Source of the DNA: Methanobacteriota archaeon
GTDB taxonomy: Archaea; Methanobacteriota; Methanobacteria; Methanobacteriales; Methanobacteriaceae
Length of the DNA: 64,000 nucleotides
Direction: 5' to 3'
Assembly (NCBI GenBank): GCA_963787255.1
Contig: CAWBCJ010000018.1
Span: 96,001-160,000, forward strand
The notes beneath the pieces were generated by a model, which was not told the DNA's origin, did not search any database, and saw only the letters and a list, made by a program, of their open reading frames with translations. Of this stretch, positions 10,760 to 23,325 are shown piece by piece; the first letter of the stretch is position 1, and each line of letters opens with the position of its first letter. Position numbers and translations under genes: made by a program.

Positions 10760-11509
10760 ATGTCCAGTAAAGTGAAAATATATGAGGTAAGGAAGACTAA
10801 AAAAGTTGAAGAGGGAGGAATTGGTGGAATACCACTAATTGGTGATCCTTTTCCAAAAATTAAGGATGTAAAAACTACAAGAGGTATTATAAAACTACCT
10901 AAGGAATTTAAAGGTAAATGGTTTGTTTTATTCAGCCATCCAGCAGATTTCACTCCAGTATGTACCACTGAATTTATGGAATTTCAGAGAAACTACATCA
11001 ATTTCAAGATATTAAACTGTGAATTAATCGGTTTGAGCATAGATCAGGTATTTTCCCACCATAAATGGATAGAATGGATAAAAGAAAAATTTAATGAAAG
11101 GATAGATTTCCCTGTGATAGCAGATACAGGTGAAATAGCAGGTAAACTAGGTTTAGTTCATCCAGCAAAGGGATCCAATACCGTAAGGGCAGTTTTCATT
11201 GTTGATCCAGAGGGAATCATTAGAGCAATAATTTACTACCCGCAAGAGCTTGGAAGAAGCGTTGAAGAGATTTTAAGGGCAGTTGAAGGTTTAAGGGTTG
11301 CAGACGCTGAAGGAGTAGCCATGCCTGCAGAATGGCCTAGAAACAGATTCTTTGGAAGCAACGTAATTATTCCACCTGCTCAAGATGAGGAAACGATCAA
11401 GGAAAGAGTTAAAAACGCAGAAACTGGTGAATATGAGTGTGTTGACTGGTTCTTATGTCACAAACCATGGTTTAAAAAATATAGAACATCAAACTGGAAA
11501 GAAATATAA
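10760..11509 (+). CDS. Peroxiredoxin (archaeal Prx6/1-Cys-like family)
   Basis: [24 protein letters not shown]-terminal CVDWFLC. Confidence 0.92.
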   Translation: MSSKVKIYEVRKTKKVEEGGIGGIPLIGDPFPKIKDVKTTRGIIKLPKEFKGKWFVLFSHPADFTPVCTTEFMEFQRNYINFKILNCELIGLSIDQVFSHHKWIEWIKEKFNERIDFPVIADTGEIAGKLGLVHPAKGSNTVRAVFIVDPEGIIRAIIYYPQELGRSVEEILRAVEGLRVADAEGVAMPAEWPRNRFFGSNVIIPPAQDEETIKERVKNAETGEYECVDWFLCHKPWFKKYRTSNWKEI

Positions 11510-11582
11510 AAGAAGTGTTTTTTTTAATTGATTCAAGTATTATGGCAAATTATTTAATAAAAAGCATAATGGAGGATTGATT

Positions 11583-12197
11583 ATGGCGAAATTATATGAA
11601 TTACCAGAACTACCTTACGCATACAATGCGTTGGAACCATATATTTCTGAAGAACAGCTAACGATACACCATGATAAGCATCATCAAGCTTATGTGGACG
11701 CTGCAAATGGTATATTAAAACTCTTTGATGAATCTAGAGAAAAAGGAGCAGATTTTGATATTAAAGCCAAGGCAAAAGAATTATCATTTAATGTTGGTGG
11801 ATATCAACTCCATAATAAGTTTTGGGAAAATATGGGTCCTGCAAATGAAAACGGAGGAGAACCAACTGGAAAAATTGCGGAATACATAAAAAAAGATTTC
11901 GGAAGCTTTGAAAGGTTTAAAAAAGAATTTTCACAAACTGCAATTACTACGGAAGGTTCTGGATGGGCAGTGCTTGCTCTGTGCAAGAACACTGATAGAT
12001 TGTTTATTTTGCAGTTTGAAAAACATAATGTGAATGTTGTCCCTAAATGGCCTCCACTAATGGTACTGGATGTTTGGGAACATGCTTACTACTTGGATTA
12101 CAAAAATGTTCGACCAGACTTCGTAGAAGCATTCTGGAACATAGTAAACTGGGATGAAGTAAATAATCGAGTTGAAGCATGGTTAAAATGCAAATAA
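11583..12197 (+). CDS. sod: Fe/Mn superoxide dismutase
   Basis: [28 protein letters not shown]. Confidence 0.95.
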   Translation: MAKLYELPELPYAYNALEPYISEEQLTIHHDKHHQAYVDAANGILKLFDESREKGADFDIKAKAKELSFNVGGYQLHNKFWENMGPANENGGEPTGKIAEYIKKDFGSFERFKKEFSQTAITTEGSGWAVLALCKNTDRLFILQFEKHNVNVVPKWPPLMVLDVWEHAYYLDYKNVRPDFVEAFWNIVNWDEVNNRVEAWLKCK

Positions 12198-12345
12198 TTA
12201 AAATCTATTCTTTATTTTTTAATTTTTAATTTTTTTTATTCTAGATTCTTTTTGAGGATAAAATTTATATCTATTTAAATTAGATTTTTATTTTAGTTAA
12301 TTATCAATTATTTATTAAATAATTCACTGATAGGCAGGGAATTAA

Positions 12346-13644
12346 ATGATCTGGAATAAAGAAGCAGAATGCATGTCGCAAGTGCAAAAAGAAAAATTAC
12401 AGTTAGAAAGATTACAAGATGTCGTTAAGCAAGCATATAATAACGTTCCATACTACAAAAAACGTTTTGACGATGCAGGCATTAAGCCAGAAGATATTAA
12501 AACGCTTAAAGATATAGAAAAACTTCCTTTCACCTCAAAATCTGATTTAAGGGAGGCTTATCCCTTTGGAATGTTTGCAGTTCCTGATGAAGATATCGTA
12601 GAAGTTCATACTTCTTCTGGAACTACGGGAAAACCTACAGTTTCAGGGTATACGCTAAAAGACCTTGAAATATGGGGAGAAGTGATGGCACGTGCTTTAG
12701 CAATGGCTGATGTGGGAAAAAAGGATTTTATTCAAAATGCTTATGGATATGGGCTTTTTACAGGAGGGATGGGCGTACATTACGGTGCACAGAAAATTGG
12801 TGCAACTGTAGTTCCAATTTCAGCTGGAAACACCATGAGACAGCTTGAACTTATGCAAGACTTTGGAACTACTATTTTAACGTGCACACCTTCTTATGCG
12901 CTCTATTTAGCTGAAGTGGCTGAAAAAGATGGAATTGATAAAGAAGACATAAAATTAAAAGCAGGCGTTTTTGGAGCGGAAATGTGGACTGAAGAAATGA
13001 GAAAAGAACTTGAAAAGAGGCTTAATATTGATGCTCTTAATATTTATGGCTTAACAGAAATTATTGGTCCTGGAGTAGCCATGGAATGTAAAGATAAAGA
13101 CGGACTGCACATTTCTGATGACCATTTCTATCCTGAAATCATTGATTCAAATACCCTTAAAATATTACCCGAAGGAGAAAAAGGAGAACTAGTTATAACT
13201 ACATTAACAAGAGAAGGAATGCCTATTATTCGTTTCCGTACAAAAGATTTAACAGCACTTCGAAAGGGTAAATGTGAATGTAGCAGGACCCTTATTAAAA
13301 TGGACAGGATTACTGGGCGTACTGACGACATGTTGAAAATAAGGGGAGTAATTGTGTTCCCATCCCAAATAGAGAAGGCGCTTTTAAAGATTGAAGGTCT
13401 GGAACCACACTATCAGATTATAGTAACCAGACCACACCATCTGGATGAAATTGAAGTTCTTGTGGAAAACTCTGAAAAACTCTTTTCAGATGAAGTCAAA
13501 CATGTAGAAGAAGCTAAAAAGATGATCGAGGATAATATTCACAGTGAAATTGGATTAAGAGTAAATGTAACACTTGTTGAACCTCAATCAATTCCAAGAA
13601 GTGAAGGAAAGGCAATAAGGGTTGTTGATAAAAGGGAATTTTAA
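12346..13644 (+). CDS. Phenylacetate-CoA ligase / coenzyme F390 synthetase-like adenylate-forming enzyme
   Basis: [31 protein letters not shown] motifs. Confidence 0.85.
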   Translation: MIWNKEAECMSQVQKEKLQLERLQDVVKQAYNNVPYYKKRFDDAGIKPEDIKTLKDIEKLPFTSKSDLREAYPFGMFAVPDEDIVEVHTSSGTTGKPTVSGYTLKDLEIWGEVMARALAMADVGKKDFIQNAYGYGLFTGGMGVHYGAQKIGATVVPISAGNTMRQLELMQDFGTTILTCTPSYALYLAEVAEKDGIDKEDIKLKAGVFGAEMWTEEMRKELEKRLNIDALNIYGLTEIIGPGVAMECKDKDGLHISDDHFYPEIIDSNTLKILPEGEKGELVITTLTREGMPIIRFRTKDLTALRKGKCECSRTLIKMDRITGRTDDMLKIRGVIVFPSQIEKALLKIEGLEPHYQIIVTRPHHLDEIEVLVENSEKLFSDEVKHVEEAKKMIEDNIHSEIGLRVNVTLVEPQSIPRSEGKAIRVVDKREF

Positions 13645-13693
13645 TTATCTATAACTTTAAATCAAATTAGAGTTGTTTAAGGGGCTAAAAAAC

Positions 13694-14125
13694 ATGAAAT
13701 TAAAACAAATATCAATATTTTTGGAAAATAAAAAAGGAAGGCTCTGGAAAGCATTAAGTATTCTAAGAGATGCTGATATTAATATTCGTGCTCTTTCCAT
13801 TGCAGATACATCAGAATTTGGAATTTTGAGGCTTATAGTTCCAGATCCTCAAAAAGCAAAGTCAGCACTTGAAGATGGTAATTTTGTTGTAAAAATGAAT
13901 GAAGTGATTGCAGTTGAAGTTCACGATGAACCTGGTGGATTGGATCAAATTCTTGAAATTCTAAATAAGGTAGATATCAATGTAGAATACATTTATGCAT
14001 TTGTTGAGAAAAAAGGAGAAAAAGCCATAGTAGTTCTAAGAACAGAGGATATTGACGCAGGAATAAAAGCTTTAGAAAGTGGAGGAGCTATAGTTCTATC
14101 ATCAAAAGAGGTATATGAACTATAA
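13694..14125 (+). CDS. Tandem ACT-domain protein
   Basis: [45 protein letters not shown]; usual partner of PaaK-like genes. Confidence 0.88.
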   Translation: MKLKQISIFLENKKGRLWKALSILRDADINIRALSIADTSEFGILRLIVPDPQKAKSALEDGNFVVKMNEVIAVEVHDEPGGLDQILEILNKVDINVEYIYAFVEKKGEKAIVVLRTEDIDAGIKALESGGAIVLSSKEVYEL

Positions 14126-14169
14126 ATAGTTAAATAACTTATTAGATTCTGAAAAATTTATAAAATATT

Positions 14170-14952
14170 TTATTTTTCTAGAATTTTCCTTTTTATATTT
14201 TCAAATTCTTCTTCACTTATAGCACCAATGTCCAGGAGATCTTTTGCTTTTTCAATCTTATCCATTGATTCCGCGTCTATTTCAGGTTTTGCTTCTTTTA
14301 CCTTTTGTTGAGCTTTAGATACAAAGTTAATACCGGAATCGGGATCAACACCTTTAATTTTAATGATATTATCATCAGATTTGATTTCTATTGTTTTAAG
14401 TCCGAATTCATCTAAAATATCTATAGTTTCTATATCTACATATTTTAGAAGCTCAATCCCCTCGTTTAAGCCTTCAGCCATGCTTTTTTTATTGAATTTT
14501 AGACCTTCTTCATTAAGAGTTAATTCTTGAATAACTAATTTAATAGTTGGGTTTTCGAATTCTTTTGAGGTGTCATTTTTTTCAGTTTTTATTACAGGTT
14601 CATCTAGAGTTCCTGATCTTTTTTCTACAGGTTCTTCTATAGTATTAGGTTGTGTTTCTCCACATACAACGCAAAATTTCGCATTTTCCGGTATTTCTGA
14701 TTTACATGATGGACAGCTTTTGGTATTTGGCACATCTTTAATATCTTCAGGTTCTATTTCAACAGTTTTTTCTTCAAAACTTTTACCGCATCCAACGCAG
14801 AACCTGGCGTTTTCTTTATTGTCTGTTCCACATTCAGGACATTTCTTCTTGTTTATCACTTTTTCATGTATTTCATCTTTTTTAGGATGTTTTCCTTCTC
14901 TTCGTGCTGCAAGCATTTCACTAATTTCCTTACTAGAAACCACAATGACCAC
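14170..14952 (-). CDS. Double zinc-ribbon protein with C-terminal SHOCT domain
   Basis: CPECG...FCVGCG and CPSC...FCVVCG; C-terminal KAKDLLDIGAISEEEFENIKRKIL. Confidence 0.75.
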   Translation of the reverse strand: MVIVVSSKEISEMLAARREGKHPKKDEIHEKVINKKKCPECGTDNKENARFCVGCGKSFEEKTVEIEPEDIKDVPNTKSCPSCKSEIPENAKFCVVCGETQPNTIEEPVEKRSGTLDEPVIKTEKNDTSKEFENPTIKLVIQELTLNEEGLKFNKKSMAEGLNEGIELLKYVDIETIDILDEFGLKTIEIKSDDNIIKIKGVDPDSGINFVSKAQQKVKEAKPEIDAESMDKIEKAKDLLDIGAISEEEFENIKRKILEK

Positions 14953-15069
14953 CTCAATGGATTAAAATTGATTATAATGTATTAAATGAGATTTTATGCT
15001 ATATTTGATAGATAATCAATAATTTCAATTAGACATGGAATGAGTTTTATTGATCAACCTATCAAAAAT

Positions 15070-15861
15070 CTATGATTTTGGAGTGCCACAAAAATTATGT
15101 TTTGCAGGCTTTTTTAAAAAGGGTTGATAGAATTGATTTAAAGTTCCCAGCATTCCATATTTAATACTTTCTCTTGTGAAATCCCCTGCATTTTTCACTG
15201 CATTTTCAAGGTTATCTCCTTTAATGAGGAATGCAACAATTGCAGATGAATAAGTACAGCCGCTCCCGTGAGTATTTTTACTTTCAATTAATTCACCTTC
15301 AATTACCTTTATTGATCCGTCAAATAACACATCATTTCCTTCAAGATGCCCTCCAGTAACCACAACATTGCACAGTTTTCCAATCTTTAGTGCAGCTTCA
15401 ATAGCATCTTCTATGGTTTCAATCTTAATTCCCGAAATTTGTTGAGCTTCATTTATATTAGGTGTGGCAAGTTCTGCAAGTGGAAGAAGATTTTTTTTTA
15501 ATGATTCTGCCAAATCTTTCTTGGATAAAAATCCTCCAGAACCAGCAACCATTACCGGGTCGACTACAACTTTTAACTTATGTTCATCTACTTTTCGTGA
15601 TATGCTTTTGATGATATCGTCAGAATAAAGCATTCCGGTTTTTGCAAACTGGATTTTTTCCTGTTCAAGAACAGTATCAATTTGTTTTTCAATAAAATGA
15701 ATGGGCACTGGCTCAATTCCTGCAACTTTATTTATATTTTGAGCAGTAAGTGCTGTAATTACCGCAGTACCGTAAATTCCCAGTGCAGAAAAAGTTTTTA
15801 TATCATTTAATATTCCTGCACCTCCGGAAGGGTCAAAACCGGCAATTGTCATTGCAATCAT
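15070..15861 (-). CDS. thiD: Hydroxymethylpyrimidine/phosphomethylpyrimidine kinase
   Basis: IAGFDPSGGAG, KTGML, VDPVM, TPN, THGSGC. Confidence 0.92.
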   Translation of the reverse strand: MIAMTIAGFDPSGGAGILNDIKTFSALGIYGTAVITALTAQNINKVAGIEPVPIHFIEKQIDTVLEQEKIQFAKTGMLYSDDIIKSISRKVDEHKLKVVVDPVMVAGSGGFLSKKDLAESLKKNLLPLAELATPNINEAQQISGIKIETIEDAIEAALKIGKLCNVVVTGGHLEGNDVLFDGSIKVIEGELIESKNTHGSGCTYSSAIVAFLIKGDNLENAVKNAGDFTRESIKYGMLGTLNQFYQPFLKKPAKHNFCGTPKS

Positions 15862-16538
15862 ACAGAGACCTCTCGGTTAACATTTAAACGTTCAGATCCA
15901 TGATTTGACCTTACTTTAAGGTGTACCTTCCTTAAGTACTTACTGGCTTCCGTTTCACTACCGTGCAACATTATTTCGCCTAAATCCTCGGCGGTATTAA
16001 CGTCCAATGATAAATAGAATGAATCAAATATGGTATAAGTCAAATTTTTTTCTTTAGCTTCTTTTATATGTTCAAAAAAGCTGTAATCTCCAAATTTCAT
16101 TGAAAAATCTTGTGCAGGACAGAAGAGTGCATTGGTGCCCCCGCCCTTTGCAGGAGCAATAACAACATTATATTCTTCACCATTTATTAATAATTCCTTA
16201 ACAAGGTTTTTTTTGATTAAAGGAACATCTGAAGGCACTATAAGAATATTATCGCATGATTTAGATGCATAATCTATAGCTTGGGTTAAACCGCCATTTA
16301 AACCAGTATTCCCAATTTCTTTTAGAGTTTCAACATTAAAATTTTCCATATAATACAGAACGTCATCATCAGAGCTCACAACAATTATGTTATCTACTAT
16401 TCCGTCTAAAGCGCTGATCACATCCTTTAGCATTGCTTTTAACAGATTTTCACGTTCATTAATACTTAATTTTGGTGATAATCTAGTTTTAGCATTATTA
16501 AATTTTGAAACAGGAATCACTGCAAAAGTTTTTTTCAT
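15858..16538 (-). CDS. cofC: 2-phospho-L-lactate guanylyltransferase (F420 biosynthesis)
   Basis: AKTRLS, PSDVPL, GGTNAL, DVNTAEDL. Confidence 0.88.
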   Translation of the reverse strand: MKKTFAVIPVSKFNNAKTRLSPKLSINERENLLKAMLKDVISALDGIVDNIIVVSSDDDVLYYMENFNVETLKEIGNTGLNGGLTQAIDYASKSCDNILIVPSDVPLIKKNLVKELLINGEEYNVVIAPAKGGGTNALFCPAQDFSMKFGDYSFFEHIKEAKEKNLTYTIFDSFYLSLDVNTAEDLGEIMLHGSETEASKYLRKVHLKVRSNHGSERLNVNREVSV

Positions 16539-16612
16539 TTATAAAAGCTCCTGATAACTTATTTATAATATTGGCAGTAATCAATCATATTATACTAATT
16601 TTTTCTATTGAT

Positions 16613-17299
16613 TTAATTAATTCCTAAAGAACTTTTTATCCAGTTAATGGTGTCATTAATCCAATTTTGAAGATTAAAACCTTGATCTTGATTTAAGTTT
16701 TGTATTTCGCTCTCGGTAACATTGAAAGTTTTTAAAACTTCATTTTTTGCATCTGCCAGGTTTTGACGGAATTGTGTCCAACCAATTTGTTTTGTTTCCA
16801 CAACAGCAACTGGTTCTCCAGTGTAAGGGTTTAAATTACCTCCGGACATAATAACCCAAATTTTAAGCTGAGCATTATAAGCACTTTGCGCATCATATGG
16901 ATTAGAGCTACTTACGACTCTATTTACACCTTTATATGTATTATTTACCGGTAATAGTTTGGTATTTATAACTGCTCTTTGAGATGGCTCAATACAGTAT
17001 GCCTTTACAGTTTCCGTTGAATTTGATGCTATATTTTTATCTTCTGCAATTACAAGATCTTGTGATATGCTGCTTGCAAGTGTATTTCCCTTCTTCGCAT
17101 TAACTGTTGTATTTCCATTATTTGTTATTTCAATCTCATGAGGAATGGTTCCTGCATCAGTTTTCTGGATAACTTTAATGCTTCCACTACTGTAAGCTTC
17201 ATTTAAGCCTAATCCTCCTGAAACTGAAAGACTAAGCATTGTAGAAGCCAATGCAAACAGTATAATTAATAAAACAACGCCTATAATCCGTATGTTCAT
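16613..17299 (-). CDS. Secreted/membrane-anchored hypothetical protein with YCIEP motif
   Basis: N-terminal hydrophobic helix; AYCIEP and AQLKIW motifs. Confidence 0.7.
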   Translation of the reverse strand: MNIRIIGVVLLIILFALASTMLSLSVSGGLGLNEAYSSGSIKVIQKTDAGTIPHEIEITNNGNTTVNAKKGNTLASSISQDLVIAEDKNIASNSTETVKAYCIEPSQRAVINTKLLPVNNTYKGVNRVVSSSNPYDAQSAYNAQLKIWVIMSGGNLNPYTGEPVAVVETKQIGWTQFRQNLADAKNEVLKTFNVTESEIQNLNQDQGFNLQNWINDTINWIKSSLGIN

Positions 17300-17327
17300 T
17301 TAATTCCCACATTATATTTTTTTTTAA

Positions 17328-18737
17328 TTAATAAGTCTTCGCGATTAAAGTGTTACAAGAAGCAGGCTTTCCACAGTTAATACATTGGCCAGGAGTTGCA
17401 TTTTCATCTTGAATTCCCAGTATATCTACTTTAACCTTTTCTTCTAATTCTTTCCCGCATTTTTCGTCTCCACACCATTGGAAAGTTACTATGCCGTTAT
17501 TTTCTTCCATTTTCTCGGCTGCTTCTTCAATAGTTTTAGCAGATCTTATATGTTTATTAAAAGATTTCCATGCTTTATCTTTCATGTTCTGATTAATATC
17601 ATTTAGTAATGTCTTTACTTCATGAATAAAATCATCAGAATCTAGAGATATGGTTCCCTTTTCCATTTTATCTCTTCTAAACACAACTGCATTTTTATTT
17701 TCAATATCACGAGGCCCTATTTCCATCCTGACAGGGATTCCTCTCATTTCATATTCATAATATTTTTTTCCTGCTCGTATATCTCGATCGTCGAAATGAA
17801 CTCTTAAACCGGCTTTTTTGAGATTATCTGCCATTTCTTTACAGTACTTCAGAACTTCTTCTGCACCTTTTTTGAATATTATAGGAATAATAACTACTTG
17901 GTAAGGTGCAACATCTGGAGGTAAACATAATCCTTTCTCATCGCCATGAATACCTATGATTGAGGCTATAACTCTGTCAGATACTCCGTAACAGGTCTGA
18001 TAAACATATTCATGCTCTCCTTCAGCAGTTTCATAGGTAATGTCAAATGTTTTGGCAAATGTTTGACCTAGATTGTGCACTGTTCCTATTTGGAGAGTTT
18101 TACCGTCTGGAAGTATGGTGTCAAATGCCATGGTGTAATCTGCACCTGGGAATTTATCCCATTGTGGTCTTTTACTAATTGTGTAAGGAATTCCAAGGGT
18201 ATCAAAGAATTCTTTATAAATTTCAACTGCACTTTGCACCTGTTCTTCGCATTCTTCACGAGTAGCATGTACAGTATGTGCTTCTTTAAAAGTTGTAATT
18301 TCCCTGACTCTTATAAGTGGTCTTGTATGCTTGGTTTCGTATCTGAAAGTGTTTACAATCTGATAATACCTGAAAGGAAGATCGTTATGGGACCTAACCC
18401 AGAGTGCGAACATGGGATACATTGCAGTTTCGCTTGTAGGTCTAAGTGCAAGTTTTTTATTTAGTTCTGTAAGTCCTCCGTGGGTAATCCAGTAAACTTC
18501 TTCTTCAAAACCTTTAACGTGAATGGCTTCTTTAGCAAGTTCGTCTTCAGGAATTAGTAAAGGGAAAAGAACCTCTTCATGGGTTTCATCCAGTATATTT
18601 TTTAGAATGTCTAAAGTATGCTTTCTTATTTTAAATCCTTGAGGCTGCCACACGTGCATTCCTTTAACAGGATATCTAATATCGATTATTTCTGCTTCTT
18701 CTAAGATATTGTGAAACCATTCGCTGAAATCTGTCAT
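17328..18737 (-). CDS. proS: Prolyl-tRNA synthetase (archaeal type)
   Basis: [26 protein letters not shown]-terminal zinc Cys and ..IAKTY. Confidence 0.96.
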   Translation of the reverse strand: MTDFSEWFHNILEEAEIIDIRYPVKGMHVWQPQGFKIRKHTLDILKNILDETHEEVLFPLLIPEDELAKEAIHVKGFEEEVYWITHGGLTELNKKLALRPTSETAMYPMFALWVRSHNDLPFRYYQIVNTFRYETKHTRPLIRVREITTFKEAHTVHATREECEEQVQSAVEIYKEFFDTLGIPYTISKRPQWDKFPGADYTMAFDTILPDGKTLQIGTVHNLGQTFAKTFDITYETAEGEHEYVYQTCYGVSDRVIASIIGIHGDEKGLCLPPDVAPYQVVIIPIIFKKGAEEVLKYCKEMADNLKKAGLRVHFDDRDIRAGKKYYEYEMRGIPVRMEIGPRDIENKNAVVFRRDKMEKGTISLDSDDFIHEVKTLLNDINQNMKDKAWKSFNKHIRSAKTIEEAAEKMEENNGIVTFQWCGDEKCGKELEEKVKVDILGIQDENATPGQCINCGKPASCNTLIAKTY

Positions 18738-19135
18738 TTATTCACCTGATTCTGATAATAAAAAGTACATTGAGAAATTAAATTTTATGACTTAAGTAAT
18801 ATATGTAAATAGTTGTTAGTTTAATTATTTAAGATTAAGTATAAATATTAAAAATAGTTTTGGGGTTATAAAAATAGATTAAAATAACCATTGTGTCCAT
18901 GATAAAAGTGCTATCAACTTTAGCATCTATTTAATTTAGATGTTAATTAATTTAATATGCTTAAATATTTAATTAATCCTTGAGCTTATAAAATATTTTA
19001 GTTAACATTTTCATAAAATTAATATCATGAGTTTAGAGATATAAGATATACTATTATCTTAACTGAATATTACATTATCAAAAATTATTTAATCATAAAG
19101 AATGCGAATTATTATTGAAAATGGAAGAAGATAAA

Positions 19136-20179
19136 ATGGATTTTAGAAAGATTCAATTACCAAGGGAAATTCATACAGGTGCAGGTGTGATAGAAAATAC
19201 TGGTTCTATCTGTAGAGATTTAATGTTTAAAGGCAAGGTTTTAGTGGTAACCGGACCTAATACTCTTAAAATTGGGGGAGAAAAAGCTATAGAAAGCCTT
19301 CAAAATGAAGAATTTTCTGTTGAAACGCTTATTATTGATAAAGCTTCAGAAGACGTTGTTTTACAGGTTCAAGAAGTGGCTAAAGATGTATCGGTGGTTT
19401 TAGGAGTTGGCGGCGGAAAAGTAATTGATTCAGCAAAACTCGCATCCACCAGAAATGGCATTCATTTCATCAGCGTTCCAACTGCGGCTTCACACGATGG
19501 AATTGCATCACCAAGAGCTTCTATAAGAAATGATGAAGGATCCGTATCTCTTGAGGCCCAAGCACCTATTGGAGTAATTGCGGATACAGAGATTATAAGT
19601 AAAGCTCCTTTCAGACTTCTAGCAGCAGGATGCGGTGATATAGTATCTAATTATACTGCAATTTTAGATTGGAAATTAGCGTACAGACTTTTAAATGAAT
19701 ATTACAGCGATTCTGCATCTGCGTTGTCGCTTATGACAGCTAAAATGACTTTAGAATCTGCGGATGCCATAAAAGAAGGCCATATTGAAAGTGCAGCCCT
19801 TGTGGTTAAAGCTTTAATAAGTAGTGGGATGGCTATAAGCATTGCCGGTACAAGCAGACCAGCCAGTGGTTCTGAACATAAATTCAGTCATGCTTTAGAT
19901 ATTATTGCGCCTAAGCCCGCATTACATGGGGAACAGTGCGGTGTTGGAACAATAATGATGATGTACCTCCATGGTGGGGACTGGAAATTCATAAGAGACA
20001 CCTTAAAAACTATAAAAGCGCCAACAACCGCTTATGGGATGAATATTGATCCTGAATATATTATTGAAGCTCTTACCATAGCACATACAATAAGAAGAGA
20101 TAGATATACTATATTGGGAGATAGAGGACTTACAATAGATGCTGCAGAGGAAATTGCTACTGCTACAGGAGTCATATAG
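19136..20179 (+). CDS. egsA: sn-glycerol-1-phosphate dehydrogenase
   Basis: [38 protein letters not shown]. Confidence 0.95.
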   Translation: MDFRKIQLPREIHTGAGVIENTGSICRDLMFKGKVLVVTGPNTLKIGGEKAIESLQNEEFSVETLIIDKASEDVVLQVQEVAKDVSVVLGVGGGKVIDSAKLASTRNGIHFISVPTAASHDGIASPRASIRNDEGSVSLEAQAPIGVIADTEIISKAPFRLLAAGCGDIVSNYTAILDWKLAYRLLNEYYSDSASALSLMTAKMTLESADAIKEGHIESAALVVKALISSGMAISIAGTSRPASGSEHKFSHALDIIAPKPALHGEQCGVGTIMMMYLHGGDWKFIRDTLKTIKAPTTAYGMNIDPEYIIEALTIAHTIRRDRYTILGDRGLTIDAAEEIATATGVI

Positions 20180-20319
20180 TTTTTTACATTCAATATTATA
20201 TTAATTAAATCATATGCTGGAACACATAAGGTTTTTTATACCTTAATATAAACAATGAAAATAGTTTATAAATAATTCAATTTGGATAATATTTATAAGG
20301 ATGATTTGGGAGGAAAATA

Positions 20320-20748
20320 ATGATTACCCTCATTGGAAAGAAACTTGCAGAAAAGGGACTTAAGTTTATGCATTATGGACCTTCTGCAGAATGTGAATCA
20401 TGTAGATTTAAAAGTACCTGTATAGATTCATTAGAAGAAGGAAGAATGTATGTAATCACTGATGTAAAGGAAACTGAGCAATCATGCCTTATACATGAAG
20501 GGGGAAAAGTTAAAGTAGTTGAAGTTGAAAGAGCAGATATCAATGCACTTGTTGATTCTAAAAAAGCATTTGAAGGATCCATGGTTGTTTTTGAATTCCC
20601 AAAATGTGATAAAGAATGTACAATGGTAGATCTATGTTTTCCTGAAGGTTTATATGAGGGTGATAAGTGTAAAATAGCTAAAACAGTAGGAAAACCTCCT
20701 AATAAATGTATAAAAGGCTTAAATCTCTCTTTAGTTATATTAGAATGA
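20320..20748 (+). CDS. UPF0179 family archaeal protein
   Basis: [12 protein letters not shown], Cys-rich CESC..C, C..H, C..C..LC.P. Confidence 0.8.
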   Translation: MITLIGKKLAEKGLKFMHYGPSAECESCRFKSTCIDSLEEGRMYVITDVKETEQSCLIHEGGKVKVVEVERADINALVDSKKAFEGSMVVFEFPKCDKECTMVDLCFPEGLYEGDKCKIAKTVGKPPNKCIKGLNLSLVILE

Positions 20749-20811
20749 TATTAAATTTTAATTTACATTTTAAATGCATATAATTATGTCTTAGTAAATA
20801 GAGGTTTATTT

Positions 20812-21492
20812 ATGGAACTTAAAAAAATTGCAGGATATGCTGCTGCAAAATTAATTGAAGATGGAAATGTTGTGGGACTAGGAACCGGATCTACGACTCA
20901 TTATTTAATAGAAAGGCTTGGCCAACGAATAAAAGATGAAAAAATGGATATATTAGGAATTCCCACATCTTATCAGTCCTTTTTGCTTGCTAAGGACTCT
21001 GGAATCACGATTACTACCCTTGAAGAACATTCCATTGATATTGCTATTGACGGGGCTGACGAAGTCGATAAAGATTTCAATTTAATTAAAGGAGGGGGAG
21101 CAGCCCATACGCTTGAAAAAATAGTGGACGAATCAGCTGAAAGATTTGTGGTAATTGTAGATGATTCAAAACTAGTAGATACGCTTGGAGAATTTCCTGT
21201 TCCTCTTGAAGTAATTCCACAGGCCTGCAGAACAGTTAGCGATCATATTAATGATCTTAATGGTATTCCTTTTTTGAGAATGGCTCAAAGAAAAGACGGG
21301 CCGGTTATAACAGATAATGGTAATTTCGTTATTGATGTTAAATTTGAGCACATTGATAATCCTGCAAGCTTAGAAAAAGAACTTAATACAATTCCTGGTG
21401 TCGTGGAAAATGGAATATTTGCCGGAATTGTAAATGAAGTCATTGTAGGAACACCTGAAGGTGTAAAAAACCTTAAAAAAAGTATAAATTAA
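20812..21492 (+). CDS. rpiA: Ribose-5-phosphate isomerase A
   Basis: [29 protein letters not shown]. Confidence 0.96.
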   Translation: MELKKIAGYAAAKLIEDGNVVGLGTGSTTHYLIERLGQRIKDEKMDILGIPTSYQSFLLAKDSGITITTLEEHSIDIAIDGADEVDKDFNLIKGGGAAHTLEKIVDESAERFVVIVDDSKLVDTLGEFPVPLEVIPQACRTVSDHINDLNGIPFLRMAQRKDGPVITDNGNFVIDVKFEHIDNPASLEKELNTIPGVVENGIFAGIVNEVIVGTPEGVKNLKKSIN

Positions 21493-21519
21493 AAATAAAA
21501 TTATTCTTTAAATTGTATT

Positions 21520-22911
21520 TTATTTTCCAAAGTTAAAATCAGCTATGGCTTTATCAACAACGTTTATTATCGCATTATGCAGAAGTTGATGTTCACCTTC
21601 CATTCCACCACAAACTTTAGGTATATTATCACAGTATACAACACCTAATCCCGCTTCAAGCGCATCTTTAGTTGCGACATCTACTGCAGCTGCTTTAAGC
21701 TCTGTAAGCATGATATCTGCATCATCTATATATTTTTCAATGTCTTTTTGAAGTAAAGGCCTGTTTGAAAGATGAGAAGTAGTACCAACTACTTTACAAC
21801 CATAGTTTGCCTCAAGATAATTTACCAGCACCTCTTTTATTGAATCTGGAGCGGTTGTAGCAAAGAGAACATTTTTATTTTCTATATTTTCTAAAGGTTT
21901 TGGCCTAAAAACAGTAGATATAACTTCTGCTTCAGGATTAGCTTTCTTAATAAATTCTACAATTTTTTTAACTTTTCCAGAACTGGCCATTGGTTCTTCA
22001 CACATTGTAAGGATCACTAGATCTGCTAATTTAATTCTAAATGGTCCAAAAAATCTTTCTAAATTAATTAAGGGCTGATTAGCACCGACTAAAACTATAT
22101 GTCGATTGGTTTTAATTGGAGGTATAGCAGCACCACTTCCTTCCATTATTACAAAATCAGAATCTACTTCGTTTGCAAGCTCTGCACCTTTTTTCATATT
22201 TGTTAGGAAAACATCTCCAACCATTCCACCGCCGCATCTTCTACATCCAATGGTTAAAACACGGCTCATTAGAGCATCTTCCCAGTGATCAGAAGCTGCA
22301 TGCACTCCTTTATTTGATTGTTCCATTAAATATTCTGCAGTTATTTTTATCTCATCTCCACGAACTATTTCTGGTTTTTCTGGCCCTCCCCTACCCATGG
22401 CCACGATACAGGGGTTATATTCTCTGTTATGGATTAATCTTGCTGCAAATGCAGATACTGCAGTTTTTCCAATCCGTTTTCCTGTACCTAATATTTTTAG
22501 TGAAGGCTTTTTTAAAACTTCATGTTCTGTTAGGGGATCAAACTTAAAATCAGGTCCTTCATATGGAACTCCCTTTCCAAGAGCGATTGTGGCGATTTTA
22601 AACCTTTTAGAATAATCGACTATGGGTTCATCGCTTAAATCCATTACAACATCACCGTCATATTTTTCAATCATTTCGCCTATGAGTTCATATGGAATTT
22701 TGTGATGATCTTCACCAAAATGTACGGGACGTTCCATTTTTTCTGAAATTGATTCTTCTGATACTTCTCTTAATTTCTCTGTTCCACCTATAAAAACAAC
22801 TGCAACAACTTCATTGTGTTCCATACTATCAAGTAAGTCTAATGCAGACTTGGTAACTGGTAAATAGTGTTCTCCATCTACTAAACAGATCATTTTCCTC
22901 ATACTTTTCAT
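21520..22911 (-). CDS. cpgS: Cyclic 2,3-diphosphoglycerate synthetase
   Basis: [49 protein letters not shown]. Confidence 0.88.
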   Translation of the reverse strand: MKSMRKMICLVDGEHYLPVTKSALDLLDSMEHNEVVAVVFIGGTEKLREVSEESISEKMERPVHFGEDHHKIPYELIGEMIEKYDGDVVMDLSDEPIVDYSKRFKIATIALGKGVPYEGPDFKFDPLTEHEVLKKPSLKILGTGKRIGKTAVSAFAARLIHNREYNPCIVAMGRGGPEKPEIVRGDEIKITAEYLMEQSNKGVHAASDHWEDALMSRVLTIGCRRCGGGMVGDVFLTNMKKGAELANEVDSDFVIMEGSGAAIPPIKTNRHIVLVGANQPLINLERFFGPFRIKLADLVILTMCEEPMASSGKVKKIVEFIKKANPEAEVISTVFRPKPLENIENKNVLFATTAPDSIKEVLVNYLEANYGCKVVGTTSHLSNRPLLQKDIEKYIDDADIMLTELKAAAVDVATKDALEAGLGVVYCDNIPKVCGGMEGEHQLLHNAIINVVDKAIADFNFGK

Positions 22912-22989
22912 TATTATCCCTGCCTTAATAAAATATAAAAGTATATGGGAATTAAGAAGTTAATATATTTTTATTTTAAAAGTATAAAA

Positions 22990-23325
22990 TTAGATGATTT
23001 CTAGATTTTTATTTTTTTCATATTTAAGGGTATTATCTTCATGCATGCGTATTAATTCTTTTTTTGATCTCTTAGCAAGTTCAGATAGTCCGTTTGAAAC
23101 GTTGGTTGGTGCAGATCCGTTATTTTTTGCAACCAATTCAGAAATTGATTCAGATAAAACAAAAATAGCGTATTTATGTTCGGCTTTAGTTCTGTGGATG
23201 TGATGTGGACTTATATTAAGGCGGAAATATTCCTCACATTCATCTTTAACTTCGTATCCATCTTCTAAATATTTTAAAACATATACCAAAAACTGATGTA
23301 ATTGTATAAGCTCATCTTTATACAT
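22990..23325 (-). CDS. UPF0058 family protein
   Basis: MYKDELIQLHQFL...ISPHHIHRTKAEHKYAIF. Confidence 0.85.
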   Translation of the reverse strand: MYKDELIQLHQFLVYVLKYLEDGYEVKDECEEYFRLNISPHHIHRTKAEHKYAIFVLSESISELVAKNNGSAPTNVSNGLSELAKRSKKELIRMHEDNTLKYEKNKNLEII

